From a virus (lineage: Duplodnaviria; Caudoviricetes), in the IMG/VR virus record IMGVR_UViG_3300026484_000486, positions 1 to 43,136 of that record: 43,136 bases of DNA; one strand, given 5' to 3'. The position numbers and the translations under genes are program-made. Under the pieces are notes generated by a model. That model saw only the letters and a list, made by a program, of their open reading frames with translations, was not told where the DNA came from and did no database searches. The first letter of the stretch is position 1; each line of letters begins with the position of its first letter. Shown here piece after piece: positions 8,860 through 16,592 of this stretch.

Positions 8860-9195
8860 TTATTTAACATCACAAGCGATATTTACAGCAACCATTGCAG
8901 ATATGTATTCGTTTTTATGTCTATCGTCTGCAGAATCTATGATAATTGCAGCTCTGTTTGCAATATCTTTAATATTTAATATCTTCTTACACTTATTATA
9001 TGCATTTGAAGAGTCTAATATAGATTTAATATATCCTTTAAACTCAAAATAGCTGAAAGCTGTATCAAGATTGTTTATATAATCAAAATCTTTATTATAT
9101 GCAACATTGTAATCATGTGCAAGCCTATATATGCTTTTATCTTCTGCGCACAAAAGAGCAGCAGATAAAAGAAACAAGGTTATTATTTTACTCAT
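8860..9195 (-). CDS. Exported protein, possibly Rap1a/Tai-like immunity fold; probable start at 9195
   Basis: MSKIITLFLLSAALLCA signal peptide; GYIKSILD...C and a terminal AC, reminiscent of Rap1a; ATG overlaps the stop region of 9188..9394. Confidence 0.55.
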   Translation of the reverse strand: MSKIITLFLLSAALLCAEDKSIYRLAHDYNVAYNKDFDYINNLDTAFSYFEFKGYIKSILDSSNAYNKCKKILNIKDIANRAAIIIDSADDRHKNEYISAMVAVNIACDVK

Positions 9196-9394
9196 CTCGT
9201 TCAACCTTGTCACTTATGACATCTTTTATCTCTAAAAGTTTTTTAATCTTATGTATATCAAGATCGTTCACTTTGCAAAATGCTCCTATCTTTACCAAAT
9301 CAAGAAGAACTGGATGATTTACACGCCAATTCTTTATAGTACCTTCTTTTTTCCCTAACATCTCTGCTATATCTCTGTATAGTATATTTTTCAT
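9188..9394 (-). CDS. Small HTH regulator (68 aa)
   Basis: YRDIAEMLGKKEGTIKNWRVNHP HTH; divergent from the plus-strand operon, with palindromes between. Confidence 0.75.
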   Translation of the reverse strand: MKNILYRDIAEMLGKKEGTIKNWRVNHPVLLDLVKIGAFCKVNDLDIHKIKKLLEIKDVISDKVERDE

Positions 9395-9441
9395 GCTTCA
9401 ATTTTAACAAAAATCACTAATAAATTAACTTAAACATATTA

Positions 9442-9527
9442 AAGTAATATATTCATTACTTTTTTAATATGTTTTTAAGGTAACTAATTATAGACTTTCA
9501 ATATAACAAGTCATTAATAAGTGACTT
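9442..9527. promoter_or_regulatory. Three 20-bp operator-like palindromes, consensus AAGTNA-N8-TNACTT (9442-9461, 9478-9497, 9508-9527)
   Basis: AAGTAATATATTCATTACTT, AGGTAACTAATTATAGACTT, AAGTCATTAATAAGTGACTT in the divergent intergenic region. Confidence 0.6.
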
Positions 9528-9544
9528 ATAAAGGAAAAAACAAA

Positions 9545-9661
9545 ATGTTAGTAGATAATTTAAACCAAACCCGAACAATAGTTGAAATCGCTTTAATTAC
9601 AGTCCCGAGTATATTTTATATACTTCAAATGTTTAAAGTATATAAAACGATCAAAGGATAA
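9545..9661 (+). CDS. 38-aa single-TM peptide (MLVDNLNQTRTIVEIALITVPSIFYILQMFKVYKTIKG)
   Basis: Below the ORF-track cutoff; AAGGA RBS; hydrophobic stretch; first ORF of the operon. Confidence 0.55.
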   Translation: MLVDNLNQTRTIVEIALITVPSIFYILQMFKVYKTIKG

Positions 9662-9665
9662 GAGA

Positions 9666-10055
9666 ATGAAATATTATGAATATAAACAAACGAGAGAAAC
9701 ACAAGTGACAGAACTGTTTAATAAGTATGAAGTGTTTTTTGCTTTTAGCAAATCACAGCTTGAAGAAAAGAAAAAAGATGGTGTTAAGTACTACTCTTTA
9801 GATGGAGGAATGTTTATACCTCAATCAAATTATGATCTGTTTAACGATGAATTTAAGCAACAAGATATGAACTTTATAAAAAAAGCAAAAGAACTTTTTT
9901 CTCCTATTGAAATAATAAGATATGAGCTTGCAAATCACGAGTACTGCATAACTTATGATCTAAGTGATACAAAGGATGTACTTGAAGAGTTTAATTTTAG
10001 TGATGAACAATATAAAGCAGCAATAAAAGACTATTTGTTGCATTGTGAATTTTAA
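9666..10055 (+). CDS. Conserved phage hypothetical protein (FFAFS...YELANHEY)
   Basis: 129-aa ORF with AAGGA RBS. Confidence 0.75.
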   Translation: MKYYEYKQTRETQVTELFNKYEVFFAFSKSQLEEKKKDGVKYYSLDGGMFIPQSNYDLFNDEFKQQDMNFIKKAKELFSPIEIIRYELANHEYCITYDLSDTKDVLEEFNFSDEQYKAAIKDYLLHCEF

Positions 10056-10073
10056 AACGGGAGGAAAAGAAAC

Positions 10074-10157
10074 ATGGCAAAGCTAGTAAAAAAAGCAGAC
10101 TCACTGTTCCAGAAGTTTGAAAGCAAAATGGAACAATGGGCTGAAAGATTGTTTTAA
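10074..10157 (+). CDS. 27-aa peptide (MAKLVKKADSLFQKFESKMEQWAERLF)
   Basis: Strong GGGAGG RBS, amphipathic helix, fills the gap between genes. Confidence 0.5.
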   Translation: MAKLVKKADSLFQKFESKMEQWAERLF

Positions 10158-10158
10158 A

Positions 10159-10210
10159 AATCATTTATCAGATTACAAGTAGTGAGATACTTGTAATCGA
10201 ATGAGTGATT
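10159..10210 (+). other. Long RNA hairpin (possible RNase III processing or regulatory stem)
   Basis: AATCATTTAT-CA-GATTACAAGTA-GTGAGA-TACTTGTAATC-GA-ATGAGTGATT; lower-stem mismatches are G-U on the transcribed strand; no U-tract. Confidence 0.6.
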
Positions 10211-10235
10211 ATATCACAAAAAAAGGAGTCTAATT

Positions 10236-10463
10236 ATGAGAAATGTGGTACATCGTGAACTTGTCATTAAAAACAAAGAAATTTTTGAAAGATACAAGAA
10301 TCTTACAGATGAAAATATTATCTATTTTGATGAAGATATTGATGGAATAATTATAGATATTGAAGACATCTTAGAATTTAATCTTTCGCAAGAGTATCAA
10401 TTTGTAAAAGTTATAGAACAAAACATGTTTTATTACAGCGTTATAATAATTTACAAGGAGTAA
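10236..10463 (+). CDS. Hypothetical protein (75 aa)
   Basis: AAGGAG RBS, in operon. Confidence 0.65.
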   Translation: MRNVVHRELVIKNKEIFERYKNLTDENIIYFDEDIDGIIIDIEDILEFNLSQEYQFVKVIEQNMFYYSVIIIYKE

Positions 10464-10466
10464 ATC

Positions 10467-11060
10467 ATGGCACGTCCAAAAGGAACAACACGAGCGAAAA
10501 AGCCCATACTTAAGAGAGAGTTTGAGCGACTCATAAACGCAGTAAACAGAAGCTTGGAGATAAAAAGCCCTACAAAGATGAAATTAACGAGAGCTTTTAC
10601 ACTTTTGTATCTTACTGGGTGTCGCGTGAGCGAAATAGCAGAACTAAAAACAAGTGATGTTTCGTATATGATAGAAGAGAACGAGTACTCTTTAGCAAAT
10701 AACACAAAGACAAAGAGTGCAAGACTTATCTCGTTTGATGAAGATTATATGCAAATAGAATTTCTAAAAAAGATACTACCTCTTGATGACGGGTATCTTT
10801 TCGCAAAAAACAACTCAAACAAAGCTATGACAGTAAGTGCTTTAAAATTACTAATGAATAAATTTATTCATAGAGTTTTAGGAGATTTTTATTCTACGCA
10901 TAGTTTTAGATCAGGCTACATTACAACTGCACATCAGCTCGGTTTATCTCTTGAGCATATTAAAACAGATATAGGGCATAAAAACATAGCAACAACTGCC
11001 CGCTATGTAACAGTTACCAGTGCAGAGATTTCCCGAGGGAAAACTTTGCGTGAGTGGTAG
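10467..11060 (+). CDS. Short tyrosine recombinase (catalytic domain only), resolvase-like
   Basis: Full catalytic set R (GCRVSE), K (TKTK), HxxR (HSFR), H (GHKN), Y (TARYV); no arm- or core-binding N-terminal domains; immediately upstream of parA. Confidence 0.9.
   Translation: MARPKGTTRAKKPILKREFERLINAVNRSLEIKSPTKMKLTRAFTLLYLTGCRVSEIAELKTSDVSYMIEENEYSLANNTKTKSARLISFDEDYMQIEFLKKILPLDDGYLFAKNNSNKAMTVSALKLLMNKFIHRVLGDFYSTHSFRSGYITTAHQLGLSLEHIKTDIGHKNIATTARYVTVTSAEISRGKTLREW
11029..11043 (+). other. Candidate parS site 2
   Basis: Exact 15-mer, ~110 bp upstream of parA. Confidence 0.72.
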
Positions 11061-11065
11061 TGAAT

Positions 11066-11130
11066 TTAACTATACGCTTTTGAGCGTGTAGTTATGAAAA
11101 AGTATAGTTATACAATATGAAACTATACGC
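11066..11130 (+). promoter_or_regulatory. parAB promoter with four copies of the (T)AACTATAC(G) half-site, including palindrome TAACTATACG-N8-CGTGTAGTTA, and -10 TACAAT
   Basis: Half-sites at 11067-11076, 11085-11094 (inverted), 11102-11110 (inverted), 11121-11130; TACAAT at 11111-11116. Confidence 0.7.
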
Positions 11131-11152
11131 ATTACTAATGAGGGGTTAGAAA

Positions 11153-11764
11153 ATGACAATAACAGTAGCACATACAAAAGGCGGAGTAGGTAAGAGCACA
11201 CTTGCGTGGCATCTTGCACATGCTTTAAAAGAGATAGGGAAGAGTGTTACACTCATAGACCTTGATTTTCAACAGACACTTTACTTCGTAAACCAGATAA
11301 GAGGTCTCGAGGATATAGAAGTGCTGCAACCGCAGACAGTGCAAGAGGTTATGAAGCTTCTTGTTGGAAGTGAGCATAAAAGTGATTATTACATAGTTGA
11401 TGTAGGTGGATTTGACAGCGACATCAACAGAACAGCTTTAGAGTTCTCTCATAAAGTAGTTGTTCCAATAAGTGAGAGTGTTACAGAAGTCTTAGGATTT
11501 AAAACATTTGAGGGCATCATTAACGAGCTTGTACTTAAAGATACGGAGTTTAACATTGTTCTTAATAACATCCACCCACTCACACGTAACTTTTCTATCA
11601 TAAAAGAAGCCATAGGAAAAAATTACAAACTCTTAAATACAGTTATACGAAGCAGAAAAGTATATAAAACAACCCTTGGTGTAGGTGCTAGTGTATTTGA
11701 TACAAAAAACGACCTGGCAAAAGAAGAGATAAGAGGGCTTAGAGATGAACTTATCAGCCATTAA
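11153..11764 (+). CDS. parA: ParA family partition ATPase (short, no N-terminal HTH)
   Basis: Deviant Walker A TKGGVGKST, LIDLDFQ, YIVDVGG. Confidence 0.93.
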   Translation: MTITVAHTKGGVGKSTLAWHLAHALKEIGKSVTLIDLDFQQTLYFVNQIRGLEDIEVLQPQTVQEVMKLLVGSEHKSDYYIVDVGGFDSDINRTALEFSHKVVVPISESVTEVLGFKTFEGIINELVLKDTEFNIVLNNIHPLTRNFSIIKEAIGKNYKLLNTVIRSRKVYKTTLGVGASVFDTKNDLAKEEIRGLRDELISH

Positions 11765-12584
11765 CAAAGCAACAGCAGGGAAAACGCGAACAGGTGGGGT
11801 AAGTCCTTTTATGGAACTGCCTTTAGATAAAGTATATGCAAATCCACAGCAACCACGAAAAAAGTTTGACGACATCGAGGAGCTTGCCAGAGCTATCAAA
11901 CAAGATGGACTACTGCAGCCTATTGTTGTTGTTAAACGCAGTGACGGATATATGATAGTAAGTGGTGAGCGAAGATACCAGGCTCACAGACAAAATAATG
12001 CGACTACGATTAAAGCACACATCATAGAAGCAGATGAACATAAGGTCTTAGAACTCTCACTCATAGAAAATATACAAAGGGATGATCTTACAGACTATGA
12101 AATAGCAATGCACATTTCTAAACTATGGCTCTCTAAACGATACAGCTCCAAAAAAGAACTTGCAAATGCAGTCGGAAAGTCACAAACATATCTTTCTAAA
12201 GCTTTTGGATGTCTCAATCTTCATGAAGATATACGAAAAGATTTAGAGTTTAACAAAAGAGAGATAGGTCTAACAGTACTAGAAGAGCTCTCACGCATAA
12301 AAGACAAAGATATGCAGCTAGAGGCTTATAAACTCTACAATGATGGGGAGATAAAGAGAGATGACATAAAAGGGTGGAGAGATAAAGAGTGCCCTAAAAA
12401 ACTCAAGCCGGTAAAAACAGAGAAGAAAAAGTATGTTTCCTATGGTTTTGGAACAGTGAATGAGTTTGGAGACTTCATTACGATCATTAAAGGCGATGTG
12501 GAAGGAAGAATGTCTATAGATACACAAGACATTGTAAAAACAGCAAACAACTGTAATTACAAAATCACAATAGAGGAGATATAA
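11745..12584 (+). CDS. parB: ParB/RepB/Spo0J family partition protein
   Basis: NPQQPRKKF, LLQPIVV, CTP-binding GERR motif, LIENIQRDDL, HTH (KKELANAVGKSQTYLSK). Confidence 0.93.
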   Translation: MNLSAINKATAGKTRTGGVSPFMELPLDKVYANPQQPRKKFDDIEELARAIKQDGLLQPIVVVKRSDGYMIVSGERRYQAHRQNNATTIKAHIIEADEHKVLELSLIENIQRDDLTDYEIAMHISKLWLSKRYSSKKELANAVGKSQTYLSKAFGCLNLHEDIRKDLEFNKREIGLTVLEELSRIKDKDMQLEAYKLYNDGEIKRDDIKGWRDKECPKKLKPVKTEKKKYVSYGFGTVNEFGDFITIIKGDVEGRMSIDTQDIVKTANNCNYKITIEEI

Positions 12585-12642
12585 AAATGTTTTGGACAAA
12601 TCTAAAGTTTGAAATAAAAATAACTTTATCAAGGTTTAAAAG

Positions 12643-12936
12643 ATGGCTACAAAAATAAGAACATATGGTGAAGCTTGTATAGCCGAACAAGATTCTATTG
12701 TTCTTAACAATGGTGTTTGGACGCAGAAGCTTCATGTATATAACAAGCCAAAAAGATTGCCAAAAGATAAAGCAGGAAAATATTACAACAAAAAGTTGTT
12801 TGATTACTGGATGGAACAGATGGAAGTAAAAAGAACAAAAAAAATAAAAGAGAAACGACTAAAGTTTCTAATGTTCTGGTCACCAGATCGAGAGCGATTT
12901 TATGAAATAGAGGAGGAAGATAATGAGAGAGATTAA
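12643..12936 (+). CDS. Hypothetical basic protein (97 aa)
   Basis: ORF in operon. Confidence 0.6.
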   Translation: MATKIRTYGEACIAEQDSIVLNNGVWTQKLHVYNKPKRLPKDKAGKYYNKKLFDYWMEQMEVKRTKKIKEKRLKFLMFWSPDRERFYEIEEEDNERD

Positions 12937-13324
12937 ATTTAGGGCGTTTGAAAAAACAGAAAATCTTTTGATAGGTGTTGGAACATTTTATTTTACTTAT
13001 AAATCTATCTTACTTGATAATGGAGAAGAGTATTGTTTTGATGAAGTAGAGCTTATGCAATATACAGGCTTAAACGATAGAAATGGTGTTGAGATTTATG
13101 AAGGGGATATTTTTTATGATGATGCAGATAATCATATAGGAGTTGTTACATTCTTAAACGGAGCATTTGTTTGTGAAAGCTATTTTGATGGGTTTGAGAA
13201 AGAAGAATTAGAACCGTCAGATAATAGATGTTTTTTAGCAGAAAGGTTAATTAGAGATTATGGAAACGTGTTTGAAGTAATCGGTAACTTTTACGAAAAT
13301 AAGGAGCTGTTAGATGAAAGATGA
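12923..13324 (+). CDS. YopX family phage protein
   Basis: MREIKFRAF...LMQYTGLNDRNGVEIYEGDI...EVIGNFYENKELL signature. Confidence 0.92.
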   Translation: MREIKFRAFEKTENLLIGVGTFYFTYKSILLDNGEEYCFDEVELMQYTGLNDRNGVEIYEGDIFYDDADNHIGVVTFLNGAFVCESYFDGFEKEELEPSDNRCFLAERLIRDYGNVFEVIGNFYENKELLDER

Positions 13325-13481
13325 ATATTTAATTGTAAAAGAAGACAAAGACGGGCAATTTTATGTAAATGGTATAGAAAATACATTTGAAAATGCTAAA
13401 CAATGGATTTATGATGCCAATAGTTTTGATGGTACTAATACTAAATACACGATTTATAAGAAGGTAGAGTGCGATGACTAG
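13314..13481 (+). CDS. Hypothetical 55-aa protein (MKDEYLIVKEDKDGQFYVNG...KKVECDD)
   Basis: Below the track cutoff; AAGGAG RBS; overlaps both neighbours. Confidence 0.6.
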   Translation: MKDEYLIVKEDKDGQFYVNGIENTFENAKQWIYDANSFDGTNTKYTIYKKVECDD

Positions 13482-13710
13482 AGAAGAAGCAAAAAAATTT
13501 GAATTTTTTCAACACGACAGAGAAGACATAGAAAAACATATAGATAAAATCTATGACGACTTTGAGAGTGAAAAAACTTGTAACAATTGTAAATGGTATA
13601 ACGAACCTATATGCTCAGCCTCTAAATGTGAAGATATAAACGAGTTAGGTCAATATGTTGTTCGTCCTACTTTTGGATGTAATGAATGGGAAGGCAAAGT
13701 TAATGACTAG
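13474..13710 (+). CDS. Small Cys-rich protein (MTREEA family, copy 1)
   Basis: CNNC...C....C...FGCNEWE, Zn-ribbon-like. Confidence 0.7.
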   Translation: MTREEAKKFEFFQHDREDIEKHIDKIYDDFESEKTCNNCKWYNEPICSASKCEDINELGQYVVRPTFGCNEWEGKVND

Positions 13711-14149
13711 AGAAGAAGCACTTGAATTTAGAGCCAAATGGAGTAGTAGCGCAGAAACAATAGCATTAATAAACCAAATATACGACGACTTTGAAAAAGA
13801 CTTGACAATAGCAGTCAGTGAAAAAACTTGTGATGGATGCATCCATAAACCAAAAGCAAATGAAAATTATCCTGAAGAATGTGGAGTATGTAGTAGATTT
13901 TATGCTGATGAATTTGTGATGATGATAGATGAAAAAAACACAAACCCTGAAATTCTTGCACTCTATCTTTTATATATAGAGTTTCAAGACGCTCCAGACA
14001 AAAAGATGAGCAGCATATTTAAAAAATGTAAAGAGTTTGATTATTTCTCTATGATCATAGAAATAAGCGAAAACATAGGTCTCACAAAAGATGTAAGTGA
14101 TTACATGTATAACAGCGCTCATAAAATGATAGAGGCAGTAAAAAGATGA
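13703..14149 (+). CDS. MTREEA family copy 2 (Cys-rich N-terminus) fused to an unrelated helical C-terminus; probable start at 13703
   Basis: Shares ATGACTAGAGAAGAAGCA, YDDFE and SEKTC blocks with 13474..13710. Confidence 0.65.
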   Translation: MTREEALEFRAKWSSSAETIALINQIYDDFEKDLTIAVSEKTCDGCIHKPKANENYPEECGVCSRFYADEFVMMIDEKNTNPEILALYLLYIEFQDAPDKKMSSIFKKCKEFDYFSMIIEISENIGLTKDVSDYMYNSAHKMIEAVKR

Positions 14150-14346
14150 ACAACACAGTGAAGAGTATTATAAAAAATATTAAAAATATGGGTTTCAATG
14201 AACTTGAAGCACTTAAAGAAAAAGTATATAGTTCTCTTTTAAGTGGTGCAGAAAAAGATGTTCTTGTCTCTACCATAGAAGAAAGATTGCTAAATATGGA
14301 CAGGAATGAAGCAATGGTAGAGTTTAGTGAGGTTGAGCTTGATTAA
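14146..14346 (+). CDS. Hypothetical protein (66 aa)
   Basis: Coupled ORF before the primase. Confidence 0.6.
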   Translation: MNNTVKSIIKNIKNMGFNELEALKEKVYSSLLSGAEKDVLVSTIEERLLNMDRNEAMVEFSEVELD

Positions 14347-15946
14347 AAACATAGATGCACTCAAAGCACAGCTTGATATAGTTGATATTGTTTCAAATTC
14401 TATTGAGCTTAAAAAAGCAGGAGCAAATTTCAAAGCAAACTGCCCATTCCATGATGAAAAGAGTGGCAGTTTTGTTGTAAGTCCTGCTAAACAGATATGC
14501 CACTGTTTTGGATGCGGATGCACTTATGACGCTATTGGTTTTGTGCAAGAGTATAAAAAACTTACTTTTGTTGAAGCTGTGGAAGATATAGCGAACGATA
14601 TGAATTTTACTTTGGAGTATGATGCAACAGCAAAGAAAAAAGACTACTCTAAATTAATGGAACATACAAACAGCTTTTATCTTAAAAATATGGATGCAGA
14701 TATTCACTCGTATTTGATTGAAAGAGGATTGACGAATGAAAGTATTGAAAAATTTGAAATAGGCTATGCACCATCATCAAATGCTCAAACGGCAGAAATA
14801 AACAAACATCTTTTTAGCACTCAAGAAGCTATAGAGTGTGGAATACTTGCAACAGATGAAACAGGAAAAACCTATGCAAGACTTACAAACAGAATATCTT
14901 TTCCTATTAGAAATCATGCAAACAAACTCATAGGATTTGGTGGAAGGATTATAAAAGGAGACAGAGCAAAGTACATAAACTCCCCACAAACACAACTCTT
15001 TGACAAGTCAAGACAACTCTACGGATATAACTTGGCAAAAGAACATATTTATAAAAAAGGTACTTTTACCATAACAGAAGGGTATCTTGATGTAGTTATG
15101 TTTCATCAAGCAGGCATACAAACAGCAGTTGCAACAATGGGAACAGCACTTACAGAACTACACTGTAACATCATTAAAAAAGCTCACGCAAAGGCACTTT
15201 TATGTTTCGATGGAGATAAGGCAGGAATAAACGCAGCATTAAAAGCAAGTAAGCTTTTATCATCTCACGGAATTTTTGGTGGTGTTGTGATTTTTCCCGA
15301 GGGAAAAGATCCTGCAGATATGGTAAAAAGTGGAAATACAAAAGAACTTTTTGAACTTATGAAAAAACCTACTCCTCTTATAGATTTTACACTCAATACA
15401 ATTGCAAACAGTTTTAATCTAAATAAGCCGGATGAAAAAGAAAAAGCACTGCGTGAGATAGAAGCATTTTTAAAAACACTTAGCCCTGTTGTTGCAGATG
15501 AGTATAAAGATTACACTGCAAAGCTGCTGCAAATAAATATAAATCACATACATACACCAAAGGAGACACAGCATTATGAGAAAAACAATCAACGCACCAC
15601 CGTAAATTTAAGCGAAATGAACATTATTAAAACGGCAAATGAGAATGAAACAAATCTCAACGCAGTACTCGATCTCATTGATGGTTCAATGTTTTTGTAC
15701 CATGCTAAAGAATTTGAGATGCTTTTGCATAAAGATATAGAACTGCAAGGATTACTTCTAAGAGAAGATATAAAAGTATATAGCTATGATGAGCTTTTAC
15801 AAGAAGTCTCTATTTTAAAGTACAAATATTATGAGAGTGAGTTAAAAAAACTACTCAACTCTAATCAAAGCTATGAGAGGGTTTCATTCGAGATGAAAAA
15901 AATAAAACTCAAAATGCTTGATTTAAAAAAAGGAATGAAAAGATGA
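14327..15946 (+). CDS. dnaG: DNA primase
   Basis: CHC2 zinc finger (CPFHDEKSGSF...CFGCG), KYINSP, TOPRIM (EGYLDV, CFDGDKAG, KDPAD). Confidence 0.96.
   Translation: MRLSLIKNIDALKAQLDIVDIVSNSIELKKAGANFKANCPFHDEKSGSFVVSPAKQICHCFGCGCTYDAIGFVQEYKKLTFVEAVEDIANDMNFTLEYDATAKKKDYSKLMEHTNSFYLKNMDADIHSYLIERGLTNESIEKFEIGYAPSSNAQTAEINKHLFSTQEAIECGILATDETGKTYARLTNRISFPIRNHANKLIGFGGRIIKGDRAKYINSPQTQLFDKSRQLYGYNLAKEHIYKKGTFTITEGYLDVVMFHQAGIQTAVATMGTALTELHCNIIKKAHAKALLCFDGDKAGINAALKASKLLSSHGIFGGVVIFPEGKDPADMVKSGNTKELFELMKKPTPLIDFTLNTIANSFNLNKPDEKEKALREIEAFLKTLSPVVADEYKDYTAKLLQININHIHTPKETQHYEKNNQRTTVNLSEMNIIKTANENETNLNAVLDLIDGSMFLYHAKEFEMLLHKDIELQGLLLREDIKVYSYDELLQEVSILKYKYYESELKKLLNSNQSYERVSFEMKKIKLKMLDLKKGMKR
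15293..15307 (+). other. Candidate parS site 3
   Basis: Exact 15-mer within dnaG. Confidence 0.7.
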
Positions 15947-16590
15947 AGATAAAACTTCTTCACAGTACCCCGCTGCATATTGCAGATATGGCAATAGGAA
16001 AATGTTGGAACAAAGGCTGTATGCAAACAGAAGAAAAAGCACAGGAACGAATGGACAGAGTTGCAAATAAAAACAAACATGCCTCGACAATAGAACATTT
16101 AAACTATAATTTTAACATAGACGGAATAAGTAGAGCTTGCCTTCAAGAATTGGCAAGGCACAGAATAGCATCGCTTAGTGTAAAATCAAGTCGCTATACA
16201 CTCAAAGAACTAAAGAATGAAGATGCCTTTGTAAATGAAGCTTTATCGCGGTACATATTGGATGATGAGATGAAGCAAAGAGCACAAAAATATGTTGTAC
16301 TTACAGAATATGAAGATGTCAATGCGAGTATTGTTCTTGGCCTTGAATGTTTACGATGGTGTATTGTTCAAGGGGCAAGCAATGATTTTGCAAAATACAC
16401 ACTACCAGAAGCCTATAAAACAAGTTTAATATGGAGCATAAACGCAAGAAGCCTGCAAAACTTCTTAGAGCTGAGAACAAATAAAGCTGCTTTATGGGAG
16501 ATACGAAAACTTGCAAACGAGATTTATGATAAATTACCACAAGAGCATAAATTTTTATTTTCAGAAAAAATATACAAAGAGGAAAAATAA
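15943..16590 (+). CDS. thyX: FAD-dependent thymidylate synthase
   Basis: HASTIEH, RHRxxxxxxxSxRY (RHRIASLSVKSSRY), NARSLQNFLELR, WEIR. Confidence 0.96.
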   Translation: MKIKLLHSTPLHIADMAIGKCWNKGCMQTEEKAQERMDRVANKNKHASTIEHLNYNFNIDGISRACLQELARHRIASLSVKSSRYTLKELKNEDAFVNEALSRYILDDEMKQRAQKYVVLTEYEDVNASIVLGLECLRWCIVQGASNDFAKYTLPEAYKTSLIWSINARSLQNFLELRTNKAALWEIRKLANEIYDKLPQEHKFLFSEKIYKEEK

Positions 16591-16592
16591 GT

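Noticed and set aside
11089-11116. difH/XerH-like site (TAGTTATGAAAA resembles one arm as I recall it)
   Set aside because: The other arm does not match, and the sequence is explained by the TAACTATACG element and the parA promoter.
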